Assembly: GCA_965249725.1 (NCBI GenBank)
Contig: CBDFMQ010000002.1
Location: 2,368,001-2,432,000, forward strand
Source of the DNA: Longimicrobiales bacterium
GTDB taxonomy: Bacteria; Gemmatimonadota; Gemmatimonadetes; Longimicrobiales; Gaopeijiaceae
Direction of reading: 5' to 3'
Length of the DNA: 64,000 nt
The notes under the pieces are model-generated. The model did no database searches. It was not told where the DNA came from and saw only the letters and a program-made list of their open reading frames with translations. This document shows, in pieces, positions 30,401-39,986 of this stretch. Positions within the stretch are counted from its first letter, which is position 1. Each line of letters begins with the position of its first letter. The translations under genes and the position numbers were made by a program.

Positions 30401-31768
30401 TCACGCGTCCACCGGCTCCAATGCATCGAGTATCCAGGGCATGAGCTCCGACACCGTGGGGTGGACGAGCACGGACTTCCGGAATTCACGGCAAGGAAGA
30501 CCGCTGTACATGTAGGCTGCGAACATGTTCACGATCTCGTCGCCGCCCGGTCCCAGGATGGCGGCTCCCAGAATTTGGTCGGTATCGCCGTCGACGAGTA
30601 GCTTCGCGAAGCCGAGTGTCTCCCCCATCTCCTTGGCCCGGCTGATTCGCGACATGGGCCGGGTGGCCTTCATCACGTTGTGCCCCTTCTCGACCGCTTC
30701 CTTTTCGGACATCCCGACACGACCTAGGGGTGGGTCGATGAAGAGCGCGTAGACGGGAATCCGGTCCGACAGCTTTCTCGTGCCCCCGCGCATCTGGTCG
30801 AGCACGATTTCGGCGTCGTTGACCGAAGTGTGGGTGAAGGCACCTTGTCCGTTGATATCGCCCACGGCGAACACCCCCTCGGCGCTGGTCCGACAGTAGT
30901 CGTCGACCTCGATGAACCCACGTTCATCGAGTCGTATACCGGCCGCATCGGCGTCGAGCAGGTCGGAGTTCGGTACACGCCCGATCGCGACCAAGAGGTG
31001 CGAGCCGGTGACCTGCCTCTCCTCGCCAGCCTGTGAGATGGTGACCGAGACGCCATCTCCTTCGGGACCGACCCCTACCACACTCGCATCCAGACTGACC
31101 TGGATGCCCTCGAGCTCCAGGATCTCCTTGATGGACTCCGCGACGTCGGCGTCCTCTCGAAAGACGAGCTGGGACCCCCGCTCGATGACCGTGACCTCAG
31201 CGCCGAGTCGGCGGAAGATCTGACTGAACTCGAGCCCGATGTAGCTCCCACCCACGACGATCAGGTGCTCCGGCACCTCGGTCAGCTCGAGGAGTCTGCT
31301 GTGATCGAGCCAGGGTACTGAGTCGAGGCCCGTGATCTCGGGGACCAGGGGTCGAGCGCCGGCGTTGATGTAAACCCGGTCGGCTGTGAGCACCTCTTCG
31401 CCCACGCGGATCCGGCGCGGCCCCTCGAACCGGCCCCAGTCTTCGTAGAGAGTGACGTTCTCGGCCGAGGTGATCCACGAGGCCATCCCCGAGTTGTCGC
31501 GAATGGCGTTCATGCGGGCGCGCACCGCAGCGAAGTCGATCTCGAGGCCGTTCGGGCGGATGCCGTACTCCGGGGCCCGCCGCACCATATGAGCCACCTT
31601 GGCGGTGGCCACCAGGGCCTTGGTGGGAGTGCACCCTGTGTTCACGCAGGTGCCGCCGATCCGGTCGCCCTCGATGACCGCGATGGACTCGCCCGTGGGG
31701 AGCAGGTCGCCCAGGAGCGTTCCTGTAGCCTGGCCGGTTCCGAGTATCAGGTGCTGAAAATGGGACAT
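30401..31768 (-). CDS. class I pyridine nucleotide-disulfide oxidoreductase (RclA/YkgC/MerA-like)
   Basis: GGTCVNTGCTPTK, GGSYIGLE, FAVGD, HPTVSE; lacks the MerA C-terminal Cys pair. Confidence 0.88.
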   Translation of the reverse strand: MSHFQHLILGTGQATGTLLGDLLPTGESIAVIEGDRIGGTCVNTGCTPTKALVATAKVAHMVRRAPEYGIRPNGLEIDFAAVRARMNAIRDNSGMASWITSAENVTLYEDWGRFEGPRRIRVGEEVLTADRVYINAGARPLVPEITGLDSVPWLDHSRLLELTEVPEHLIVVGGSYIGLEFSQIFRRLGAEVTVIERGSQLVFREDADVAESIKEILELEGIQVSLDASVVGVGPEGDGVSVTISQAGEERQVTGSHLLVAIGRVPNSDLLDADAAGIRLDERGFIEVDDYCRTSAEGVFAVGDINGQGAFTHTSVNDAEIVLDQMRGGTRKLSDRIPVYALFIDPPLGRVGMSEKEAVEKGHNVMKATRPMSRISRAKEMGETLGFAKLLVDGDTDQILGAAILGPGGDEIVNMFAAYMYSGLPCREFRKSVLVHPTVSELMPWILDALEPVDA

Positions 31769-31872
31769 GAGAGGACTCCGAAATGTGGGGCTGTCACCAT
31801 ACCTGGAGGGTGGCCCTCAAGCAAAGACCGCGGGAGGTGACGGCACGCCACAAGGGGCCGTGTGCCTGGAGC

Positions 31873-31901
31873 TTGAGTTTACCGAACGTTCGGTTTATCA
31901 T
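31873..31901 (+). promoter_or_regulatory. sigma70-like promoter with palindromic operator in the spacer
   Basis: TTGAGT-N17-TATCAT; ACCGAACGTTCGGT at 31881-31894; ATG 7 nt after the -10. Confidence 0.75.
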
Positions 31902-31908
31902 GATCGCC

Positions 31909-32469
31909 ATGAGTAAGATCACCGACACAGAACTGCTGAGATGCTTGACGGAAGTATTCCGCACGCACGGCTATGAAGGGGCCAGCCTGAGCAAGATCTC
32001 AGAGGCCACGGGCCTTCAGCGGGCGAGCCTCTACCACCGCTTTCCGGGTGGCAAGGCCGAGATGGCGGAGGCCGTCCTGCACCGCGCGGGTGAGTGGCTG
32101 GCGTCGAACGCCCTCGCTCCCCTCGCGGAGTCCGGGCCGCCGGAGGACCGCCTCCGCCAAATGGCATCGAAGCTGGACGAGTTCTACGAGGGTGGGAAGC
32201 GGTCCTGTCTGCTGGACGCCCTCTCGTTCGGTGTCGACGAGGGTGGAATCCGAGATTACCAGAAGGCTGGAATGGAGGCATGGATCGAGGCCATCGCCGC
32301 AATGCTCCGGAAGTCGGGCCTCCCGGCGAAGACGGCGAGAGAGAGGGCGGAGGACGCGCTGATCCGCATCCAGGGTGGACTCGTGATGGCCCGAGCGAAG
32401 GGCGACGTCCTCCCTTTCCAGCGGACCCTCAAGAACCTGCCTCAGGACCTCCTTCGGAAGCCGGAATAG
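31909..32469 (+). CDS. TetR/AcrR family regulator (NemR/LmrA-like)
   Basis: HGYEGASLSKISEATGLQRASLYHRFPGGK HTH; start set at ATG 31909. Confidence 0.92.
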   Translation: MSKITDTELLRCLTEVFRTHGYEGASLSKISEATGLQRASLYHRFPGGKAEMAEAVLHRAGEWLASNALAPLAESGPPEDRLRQMASKLDEFYEGGKRSCLLDALSFGVDEGGIRDYQKAGMEAWIEAIAAMLRKSGLPAKTARERAEDALIRIQGGLVMARAKGDVLPFQRTLKNLPQDLLRKPE

Positions 32470-32525
32470 ACATCATGCACCACTCACCCCGAGCGAAGCG
32501 CTCTGTTCTATTTCCCAAGATCCTT

Positions 32526-32541
32526 TACCGAACGTTCGGTA
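32526..32541. promoter_or_regulatory. second copy of putative TetR operator
   Basis: Perfect palindrome TACCGAACGTTCGGTA upstream of the isochorismatase gene. Confidence 0.8.
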
Positions 32542-32593
32542 CATGGAATTCAAACCCAACACTACCACAACGATGACAAGGAGAGGCTGAACC

Positions 32594-33250
32594 ATGATGA
32601 AGATCAACGCACAAGACACGGCACTCGTAGTCACCGATCCGCAGAACGACTTTCTCAGCCCAGACGGAGTGACCTGGGGAGTTGTCGGTGAAAGCGTCGT
32701 CGAAAACGACACCGTCGAGCACATCGGCTCTCTCTTCAAGGCGGCGAAGGAGAACGGATTCCAGACCTTCATCTCGCCGCACTACTACTACCCCACGGAC
32801 CACGGTTGGCAATTCGAGGGCACGCTCGAAAAGCTGATGCACGACATCAACATGTTCGACCGGAAAGGTGCCCTCGACCTCGACGGATTCGAAGGGTCGG
32901 GCGCGGACTGGCTCGAGCGCTACAAGCCCTATATCGAAGCCGGCCAGACCGTCATCGTGAGTCCCCACAAGGTCTACGGTCCCGAAACCAACGACCTGGT
33001 TCTGCAGCTCCGCAAGCGAGGCATCGACAGGGTGATCCTGGCCGGGATGTCGGCCAACCTGTGCGTCGAATCCCACCTCAGGGAGCTCCTCGAGCAGGGC
33101 TTCGACGTCGGCGTCGTGAAAGACGCCACCGCCGCGGCCAAGACTCCCGACCTGGGAGACGGCTACGCCGCCGCACTCACCAACTACGGATTCATCGCCA
33201 ACGACGTCGTCACCACCGACGAGGCCGTGGCCGCGATGGAAGCAGCATGA
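32594..33250 (+). CDS. isochorismatase-family cysteine hydrolase
   Basis: TALVVTDPQNDF, PHK, AGMSANLCVESH (D-K-C triad). Confidence 0.92.
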   Translation: MMKINAQDTALVVTDPQNDFLSPDGVTWGVVGESVVENDTVEHIGSLFKAAKENGFQTFISPHYYYPTDHGWQFEGTLEKLMHDINMFDRKGALDLDGFEGSGADWLERYKPYIEAGQTVIVSPHKVYGPETNDLVLQLRKRGIDRVILAGMSANLCVESHLRELLEQGFDVGVVKDATAAAKTPDLGDGYAAALTNYGFIANDVVTTDEAVAAMEAA

Positions 33251-33291
33251 GCACCCGTCACCCTTCCCTACCACCCACTTGGAGACCTGTC

Positions 33292-33723
33292 ATGAACATC
33301 AAGCATCTCATCTTCGCAACGGCGATCGCCTCGGTACCGCTCCTTCCCGGCATCGCCTCGGCGCAGACCCCTGAACCCACGCTGTGGGGCATCTACGGCG
33401 CCCACAACCGGCACGACTGCCCGGTCAACAACCGTGAGACGGCCAAGGACGTCATCACGCTCAGCAAGACGGACCTGGGACCGTTGATGGAGAAGTACGG
33501 AGTTACCGCCGTCGTGGACCAGTATCACTCGGGTCTCGAGCACACGTTCCTCTGGGTCGTTGAGACCACGGCGCCCCACATGCTGGAGGAGTTCTCCATC
33601 GAGATGGGCGTTGCTCGCTGGAACGACCTGAAGTTCGTGCCCGAGCGCACGTTCGGCGACGTGATCACGGACATCACGGCGATACACGGACTCGAGGACT
33701 GGAAACCTGCCGCCAGTAACTGA
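33292..33723 (+). CDS. secreted hypothetical protein with HxxxDCP motif
   Basis: ATG 33292 after GGAGA; signal peptide; HNRHDCP and EHTFLWVVET. Confidence 0.75.
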   Translation: MNIKHLIFATAIASVPLLPGIASAQTPEPTLWGIYGAHNRHDCPVNNRETAKDVITLSKTDLGPLMEKYGVTAVVDQYHSGLEHTFLWVVETTAPHMLEEFSIEMGVARWNDLKFVPERTFGDVITDITAIHGLEDWKPAASN

Positions 33724-33739
33724 GGCCCCACCGCCCCGA

Positions 33740-33773
33740 CGGCCCCGGCTTCTGTGTCTCGAGGCCGGGGTCG
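33740..33773 (+). terminator. GC-rich hairpin between operon genes
   Basis: CGGCCCCGGCTTC / GAGGCCGGGGTCG stem; no U-tract. Confidence 0.4.
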
Positions 33774-33839
33774 CAGGGGTCGTCGGATCCCTCGGGACCG
33801 TCCCACGTATATCGCTCTCAGGGCTACAAGGAGCCGACC

Positions 33840-34280
33840 ATGGACTGGACCACCACGCTGCAGACCATTCGGAGTACTCGCAACGACCGCGCCGCGGCGG
33901 GCATACGAATCGCCGTAGGCGCCCTTTTCGTGATGACAGGCGTCATGAAGATCGCGGTGCCCGCGCTGGGAGCTGCGTTCGCAGGACAGCTCGCGGCTGC
34001 GGAGATCCCCTTCCAGGATATGAGTCGCTGGGTGGTGCCCTTCATGGAGATCGGAGTCGGGGCTGCGTTGATGATCGGCTTCTACACGAGGGTCGCTACT
34101 CTACTCGTGTTCAACATCATGATCGTTGCGACCTACGCGCACCTGGTCGTCAACGATCCCACACTATTCCCTCTCCAACCCGAGGAGCCGATCATACCCG
34201 CCGCGGTGATGGTGCTGTCAGCATACATCCTCCTGCGCGGTGGCGGCTCCGGCAGCTCAGATCTGAGGGCCTCGACATGA
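33840..34280 (+). CDS. DoxX family membrane protein
   Basis: RIAVGALFVMTGVMK, EIGVGAALMIGFYTR, GGGSGSSD. Confidence 0.88.
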   Translation: MDWTTTLQTIRSTRNDRAAAGIRIAVGALFVMTGVMKIAVPALGAAFAGQLAAAEIPFQDMSRWVVPFMEIGVGAALMIGFYTRVATLLVFNIMIVATYAHLVVNDPTLFPLQPEEPIIPAAVMVLSAYILLRGGGSGSSDLRAST

Positions 34281-34942
34281 CCGACGAAACACGAATGGCG
34301 CTGGCGTCCGTGAACGTGGGTCTGCCCAGGACCGTTCCGTGGCGGGGCCAAGACGTCACCACCGGCATCTACAAGAGCCCGGTCGAGGGCCCGGTGGCCC
34401 TACGCGGACACAACCTGGCCGGGGACCGGCAGGCCGACCTCTCCGTGCACGGTGGGCCCACCAAAGCGGTCTACGTCTATCCGTCTCAACACTACGACTA
34501 TTGGCGGACCGAGCTACCGGATGTCGAGTTCGGGTGGGGCCATTTCGGCGAAAACTTCACCGTGGACGGCATGGACGAGGAGTCGGTGCACATCGGTGAC
34601 GAGTTCGGGATCGGAACGGCGCGTTTGGTGGTGACCGAGCCACGCATGCCGTGCTTCAAGCTGAATGTGCGCTTCGACCGCCCGGACATGGTAAAGCGGT
34701 TTCTCCACAGTCAGCGGAGCGGCTTCTATTTCGGTGTGCTGGAAGAGGGGGAGGTCGAGGCAGGCGATGCCATCGAGCTACTCTCGAGTCATCCCAACGA
34801 GCTGTCGGTTGCCGACGTCACGCGCCTGTATACGACTGAGAGGGATATCGTGGTGCTCTTGAAGAAGGCTGTGGCCACGACCACGCTACCCGACAGCTGG
34901 ACCGGGTTCTTCGAGCACCAGTTGGCAGGGTTGGAACCATAG
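34277..34942 (+). CDS. MOSC domain protein (YiiM-like)
   Basis: GDRQADLSVHGG, FGENFT, EPRMPCFK, SGFYF, C-terminal 3-alpha region. Confidence 0.93.
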   Translation: MTDETRMALASVNVGLPRTVPWRGQDVTTGIYKSPVEGPVALRGHNLAGDRQADLSVHGGPTKAVYVYPSQHYDYWRTELPDVEFGWGHFGENFTVDGMDEESVHIGDEFGIGTARLVVTEPRMPCFKLNVRFDRPDMVKRFLHSQRSGFYFGVLEEGEVEAGDAIELLSSHPNELSVADVTRLYTTERDIVVLLKKAVATTTLPDSWTGFFEHQLAGLEP

Positions 34943-34998
34943 GACGCGGGCCGAGCCAGAACAGGAGGGTGTGGGTCGGCTTGCTCATGTCGGCCCTC

Positions 34999-36399
34999 CT
35001 ACATGATCCTCCGGGTAGCCGCGAACCGCTGCAGAATCTCCAGCGTCATCGTCACTCCACGCCGCACGTTCTCCTCCGTGACCCGCTCGTCGTTCCCGTG
35101 CACCCCGCTCGCATCCGCCTGGGGCGTCGCCGTGGCCTCGTAGCCGTAGCTCACGATTCCGAGATCCCGGAAGAAGTGGCTGTCAGTGAACCCGCCCACT
35201 ACCTGAGGAACGAAGTTGGCCTCGGGAAAGACCTCGAGCGTCACGTCACGAATGGTGCGGTAGAGCTCGGTGTCGGTGGAAGAAACAGCGGGGCTGAATC
35301 CCATCATCACCTCGACCTCCACTTCGGGCCCGAGAACTCCGCGGAGCTCGGCGAGCCAGGCGTCGGGGTCCTGGTCGGGTAGGAGCCGACAGTCGATCTC
35401 CGCGGTCACCTCCGAGGATACGACGTTGATCTTCGGACTGCCCTCGAACCGAGTGATCGAGCACGTGTTGCGCGTGAGCGCGTGCAGCCCCGGATCATAC
35501 TCCTGGAGCTCGAGAAGGAGGCCGGGCTCGTCAAGGACCGACCCGAGGTCCGCGAAACGGGACCGCCACGGCTCGGGATGCCCCGCCGCCATGCCTTTCA
35601 GGTGCTCGTCCACCGACGGCACGATGCGTGCTTCGAAGCTGTGACGACGCAGCTGATCGAGTGCCTCGACCAGTTTGGTCGAGGCGTAGGAGACCAACGG
35701 TCTGGATCCGTGCCCCGGCTCACCAGAAGCGGTGACCTTGATCCAGTAGGGCACCTTCTGCGTGACCTCGAGGCCGAACTGAACGTTGCCGTCCACGTCC
35801 TCGCCGCCACCCCCCTCATTGAGAAGGAAGCCCACGCCTTCGAAGATCTCCGGCCTGTTCTCTGCGAGCCAACCCGCACCGAAGAATCCTCCGGCCTCCT
35901 CGTCCGCCGTGGCCATGAAGATCACGTCGCGCTGGAGTGGCGTGCCCGAACGATGGAGCGCCAGGAAGGAGGCGAGGTGCAAGATGCCGCTGGTCTTGGT
36001 GTCCAAGGCGCCGCGGCCGTAGATGTAGCCGTCCCTCAGGTCACCCGAGAGCGGGTCCGTGCTCCAGAAGCGTTCGTCAGCAGGCACGACGTCCATGTGA
36101 TGAAGCAGAACCATGGCGGGCTCGCTGCCCCCCTCGAGGCGGGCCCAGATGTTGCCTCGCCCCGGAGCGGACTCTGCGATCTCGTACGGAATCCCTTCCG
36201 CATCGAAGATCTCCGCGAAGAAGCGGGCCCCTCGGATCTCGTTCCCGGGCGGGTTGATCGTATTGATGCTGATGTAGTCCTGGAGCCACTGAACGGCCTC
36301 GTCCTGCAGGGAGGCCAGGTCTACCTGGGCGACAGCTCCGGTGGGCGCGAGCAGGGCGAGGGTCCCGAGTAGGGTCCACGTCGATAGGGGTGGGCGCAT
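34999..36399 (-). CDS. secreted M20/M25/M40 family metallo-hydrolase
   Basis: Signal peptide, HHMDVVP, YGRGALDTK, ADEEAGG, HGNDER. Confidence 0.92.
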   Translation of the reverse strand: MRPPLSTWTLLGTLALLAPTGAVAQVDLASLQDEAVQWLQDYISINTINPPGNEIRGARFFAEIFDAEGIPYEIAESAPGRGNIWARLEGGSEPAMVLLHHMDVVPADERFWSTDPLSGDLRDGYIYGRGALDTKTSGILHLASFLALHRSGTPLQRDVIFMATADEEAGGFFGAGWLAENRPEIFEGVGFLLNEGGGGEDVDGNVQFGLEVTQKVPYWIKVTASGEPGHGSRPLVSYASTKLVEALDQLRRHSFEARIVPSVDEHLKGMAAGHPEPWRSRFADLGSVLDEPGLLLELQEYDPGLHALTRNTCSITRFEGSPKINVVSSEVTAEIDCRLLPDQDPDAWLAELRGVLGPEVEVEVMMGFSPAVSSTDTELYRTIRDVTLEVFPEANFVPQVVGGFTDSHFFRDLGIVSYGYEATATPQADASGVHGNDERVTEENVRRGVTMTLEILQRFAATRRIM

Positions 36400-36483
36400 C
36401 GTTTGGGTCCTGGTCTGATTGCGGGGGCCGCGGCGGTCACGGTGAGCATTCTAGCGAAGGCGACGAAGGCGAACCAACCCTCC

Positions 36484-36516
36484 ATAACGCCTGGCGTTAT
36501 TAACGCGTGGCGTTAA
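36484..36516. promoter_or_regulatory. tandem palindromic operators upstream of higA
   Basis: ATAACGC-CTG-GCGTTAT and TTAACGC-GTG-GCGTTAA. Confidence 0.75.
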
Positions 36517-36522
36517 GCTTCT

Positions 36523-36540
36523 CTTGTTGACTACCACTAG
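36523..36540 (+). pseudogene. higB: 3' remnant of higB toxin (LVDYH-stop)
   Basis: CTT GTT GAC TAC CAC TAG just before higA; HigB proteins typically end in VDYH. Confidence 0.65.
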
Positions 36541-36546
36541 GAGCCG

Positions 36547-36849
36547 GTGATGTCGAAAACGAAGATGGCACCCATACACCCGGGGGAGATCCTCCTGGAG
36601 GAGTTCCTCGAACCAATGGGGATCAGCCAATACAGGGTCGCGAAGGACACGAGCGTCCCGCCGCGCCGAATCAACGAGATCGTCCACGGGAAGCGGGCCA
36701 TCACCGCCGACACTGCCCTGCGACTCTCACGCTACTTCGGTACGTCCGAACGGTTCTGGCTCAATCTCCAGACCCGGTACGACCTGGAAGTCCAGAAGGA
36801 CCGACTGGGGGACCGCCTTGAACGGGAGGTGCTGGAACGCGTCGGTTAA
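36547..36849 (+). CDS. higA: HigA family antitoxin
   Basis: PIHPGEILLEEFL, RINEIVHGKRAITADTALRL, FWLNLQTRYDL. Confidence 0.96.
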   Translation: MMSKTKMAPIHPGEILLEEFLEPMGISQYRVAKDTSVPPRRINEIVHGKRAITADTALRLSRYFGTSERFWLNLQTRYDLEVQKDRLGDRLEREVLERVG

Positions 36850-36882
36850 GCCTGCTCGGCAACCATGACGGCCGCCCCTCCC

Positions 36883-39591
36883 CTACTCTTCCCTCAGTGT
36901 GATCGCCGGATCCACACTCGCCGCCTTCCGTGCAGGCAGGAAGCTCGCCACGCCCGCAACCAGCATGGCCGCTAGAGGCATTCCGATGAATACGCCCATG
37001 TCCAGCGCGTTCACTCCATAGAGCAACGACTCCAGGAACCGCGTGACCCCTCCCGCGAGCAGCAGCCCCACGACCGAACCCACAACCGCCAGTCGGAGAC
37101 CCTGCCGCACCACCATTCGGACCACGTCGCGCTGGCTGGCCCCGAGCGCCATCCGCACGCCGATCTCGCCCGTGCGCTGGGCCACCAAGAACGTCATGAC
37201 CCCGTAGAGCCCCACGGAGGCCAGGAGCAGCCCGAGACCGCCGGCTATAGAGAGGAGCCATGAGGCGATCCGCTGCGGCAGTAGCGTCCCGGCCACGGCC
37301 TCGTTCACGGTCCGCAGCGAGGAGATCGGCAGCCTGGAGTTGATCGCCATGACCTCGGCCCGCATGGGACCCAGGAGATCTTCGGCGCGGTCCGGATCAG
37401 TGCGCGCGATGAGCGTCTGGGCGGCAGAAGGCGTTTGCGCCAGCGGAGTGAAGAACGCGATGCGCGGGTCCTCGTTGAGCGTGCGGTAAGCGGCGTCGGC
37501 CGCGACGCCTACCACCTGTGCATCGGCGTTGCCGCTCCAGTTGACCAGCTTGCCCAGAGGGTCTTCACCCGGCCAGAAGTACTCGGCGAACGCCGCGTTC
37601 ACGATCACCGCTTCGGCCCCTTCCGGCCCATCCTCGTCGGTGAACTCCCTGCCCGCACGGAGCGGTGTCCGCAGGGTGGCGAAGTAGCCAGGACTCACCG
37701 CGAAGAACTGGAACTCCATGTCCTCGCCTTCGAGCGGCTCGTAGCCGGGAACAGAGACGTCTCTCCGGCGACCCGCGGAGATGGTCAGAGGCAGCGCGTC
37801 CGTCAGGGCCGTGGACTCCACGCCCGGCAGCCCGGCTACACGTTCGTTCAGATCGTCGTAGAAGAGTCCTGCCTCCTCGACGCTGAACCCTTCACGCGCC
37901 AGGCTCAGGGATACGGTGGCCAGCCCCTCCGGCTCAAAGCCCGCGTCCAGCCGCATGGCGGACTGGAGGCTTTTCAAGAACAGTCCCGCGCCCACCAGAA
38001 GCACCAGGGAGGCCGAGACCTGGGCAACAACAAGGGCGTTCCTCAAGTTGAAGGAGCGGCGCGCCGCTCCGGATCCGTTGCCACCCTCCTTGAGGTCGGT
38101 CACCAGATCGGGCCGCGAGGCACGGAGTGCTGGAAGCAGCCCGACGGCAATGACCGTGAGCAGGGTCACGCCGATGCTGAAGATCAGCACCGTGCCGTCG
38201 ACTCCGAGGTCGAGCGAGATGGCGACCCCGGTGGCCGGGCGATACGACTCGGCGAACCGGATTCCCGCGAACGTCAGAGCAGCCCCGGCCAGACCGCCGA
38301 GCACTCCGACGATGCCGCTCTCGGCGAGCAACTGACGCACGATGCGGCCTCGACCGGCTCCCAGGGAAAGCCGCACCGCCAACTCGCGGTTGCGGCGCGA
38401 GGCCCGGGCGAGCGTCAGGTTGGCCATGTTCGCGCAGGCGATCAACAACACGATCCCCGTGACCGCCATCAGGAGGGCTGCGAACCCCTTTGCGGCGGTC
38501 TGAACCTGCGGCGGAAGGCGCGAGTCCTTGACCACGGAGATCCGACGCCCCTGCTCGCGGACGTCCGTCCAGGATCCCGGATCCTCTTCGAGGAGCTGCG
38601 AGGCCACGACATCGAGTTGAGCCTGGGCGGCTTCGATGCTCACGCCCTCATGCAAGCGGGCGCGAATCAAGGAGCCACGGGAACCCCTTCGCTGAAAGCC
38701 CCGGTCTCCCTGGATCAGCGCCTGGGTCGACACGGGGATCCAGAAGTCGGGGGTGACCAGCGGCAGCGACCCCGTGAAGCCGGCTGGCGCAACGCCCACG
38801 ATCGTGACCGTCTGCCCCGACAGGCGGGCCGTCCGCCCCAGAACCTGCGAATCCAGGCCGAAGGCGCGCTCCCACAGACCCTCGCTGATGACCGCGACGG
38901 ACACGGCCGACGTGGGGTCCCCCTCTTCTTCCGTGAACCAACGGCCGAGGCGGGGCGCCACGCCGAGCACGTCGAAGTAGTTGCCGCTCACGAACTCGGC
39001 GAGGCGGATCTGCGTGACCCCGTCCTCACCGGCCATGTTCACCACGCCCGGGCTCACCGCGAGGGCGTCTTCGATTCCGGGAGGCCGGTCCCGATAATCC
39101 ACGTAGTCCATGTAGGACGACGTTCCGAACGGGGGGCCAGAGAAGTCGGACGTCCAGATCGAGACGAGCTCGTCCGGGTTCACGATGTGTTCTGGCGCGC
39201 GTAGCAGCACGCCGTTGACCAGGCTGAAGATCGCCGTGTTCGCACCGATGCCGAGCGCCAACGTGAGCACACCGACAACCACGAACTCGCGAGCCTTCGA
39301 GAGTGAGCGCAGCGCAAAGCGCAGATCTTGTACCACTGCCTCCATCCTATTCCCCCTCGAGATCGTTCTGTCCCCATTCCGGCGTTTCGATCGAAGTCGA
39401 ATCGCCAGCTCCACCACGTCCGCCACGCCCCGGAACCAGGCGATGACCGCCAACGACACCGCCCGTCGCCAATGGACCCCGAGCGCTTCGAAGAACAGCT
39501 CCTCCATCTCGGCACCGTGCTTGGCCCGGAAGTCGGGCGGCAGAAGCCTCAGGAGGAGGCGGTAGGCCATGCGGCCCAACCTGTACTTCAT
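36883..39591 (-). CDS. duplicated MacB/FtsX-type ABC permease (ADOP-like)
   Basis: LLPPDFRAKHGAEM prefix, LALGIGANTAIFS, LLIACANMANL, RELAVRLSLGA, EIGVRMALGA, PARKAASVDP. Confidence 0.92.
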   Translation of the reverse strand: MKYRLGRMAYRLLLRLLPPDFRAKHGAEMEELFFEALGVHWRRAVSLAVIAWFRGVADVVELAIRLRSKRRNGDRTISRGNRMEAVVQDLRFALRSLSKAREFVVVGVLTLALGIGANTAIFSLVNGVLLRAPEHIVNPDELVSIWTSDFSGPPFGTSSYMDYVDYRDRPPGIEDALAVSPGVVNMAGEDGVTQIRLAEFVSGNYFDVLGVAPRLGRWFTEEEGDPTSAVSVAVISEGLWERAFGLDSQVLGRTARLSGQTVTIVGVAPAGFTGSLPLVTPDFWIPVSTQALIQGDRGFQRRGSRGSLIRARLHEGVSIEAAQAQLDVVASQLLEEDPGSWTDVREQGRRISVVKDSRLPPQVQTAAKGFAALLMAVTGIVLLIACANMANLTLARASRRNRELAVRLSLGAGRGRIVRQLLAESGIVGVLGGLAGAALTFAGIRFAESYRPATGVAISLDLGVDGTVLIFSIGVTLLTVIAVGLLPALRASRPDLVTDLKEGGNGSGAARRSFNLRNALVVAQVSASLVLLVGAGLFLKSLQSAMRLDAGFEPEGLATVSLSLAREGFSVEEAGLFYDDLNERVAGLPGVESTALTDALPLTISAGRRRDVSVPGYEPLEGEDMEFQFFAVSPGYFATLRTPLRAGREFTDEDGPEGAEAVIVNAAFAEYFWPGEDPLGKLVNWSGNADAQVVGVAADAAYRTLNEDPRIAFFTPLAQTPSAAQTLIARTDPDRAEDLLGPMRAEVMAINSRLPISSLRTVNEAVAGTLLPQRIASWLLSIAGGLGLLLASVGLYGVMTFLVAQRTGEIGVRMALGASQRDVVRMVVRQGLRLAVVGSVVGLLLAGGVTRFLESLLYGVNALDMGVFIGMPLAAMLVAGVASFLPARKAASVDPAITLREE

Positions 39592-39968
39592 CCGGCAGCC
39601 TTGCCGGCGGCCACCCTCTCCAACGCCGCGCTCGCGAGCGACTGAAGTCGGTTGGCCTCTGCGGCGAGGATGCGGGCCCCCGACGGAGTGATTCGGTAGA
39701 TCCGCTTCCGTTCGCTCTCGCCCTTGGGTCGTCCAGCAGCCTCAGTGAGCTCCGCTATCCAATCCTTGCCCTCGAGATCCTCGAGCGAGCCGTACAGGGT
39801 AGCGGGCCACAGGCGCAGCTTGTCGTCTGTCTGATTGAGCACGGCGCGCACGATGCCAGAGCCGTGCTGCTCCTTCTCGGAAAGAGCGAGGAGGATGTGG
39901 AACCACTGAGGCTTCAGGGGCAGCGAGTCGGAGAGCTGTTCCCCATTGTGTCGGTGCTTACCGTCCAC
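39588..39968 (-). CDS. PadR family transcriptional regulator
   Basis: FHILLAL, HGSGI, PATLYGSL, RKRIYRIT; coupled to the permease. Confidence 0.9.
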   Translation of the reverse strand: MDGKHRHNGEQLSDSLPLKPQWFHILLALSEKEQHGSGIVRAVLNQTDDKLRLWPATLYGSLEDLEGKDWIAELTEAAGRPKGESERKRIYRITPSGARILAAEANRLQSLASAALERVAAGKAAG

Positions 39969-39986
39969 GGTGTGTGTCTCCTGATG

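Noticed and set aside
30401..31768. Mercuric reductase / mer operon
   Set aside because: No C-terminal Cys pair, no N-terminal metal-binding domain, no merR/merT/merP nearby
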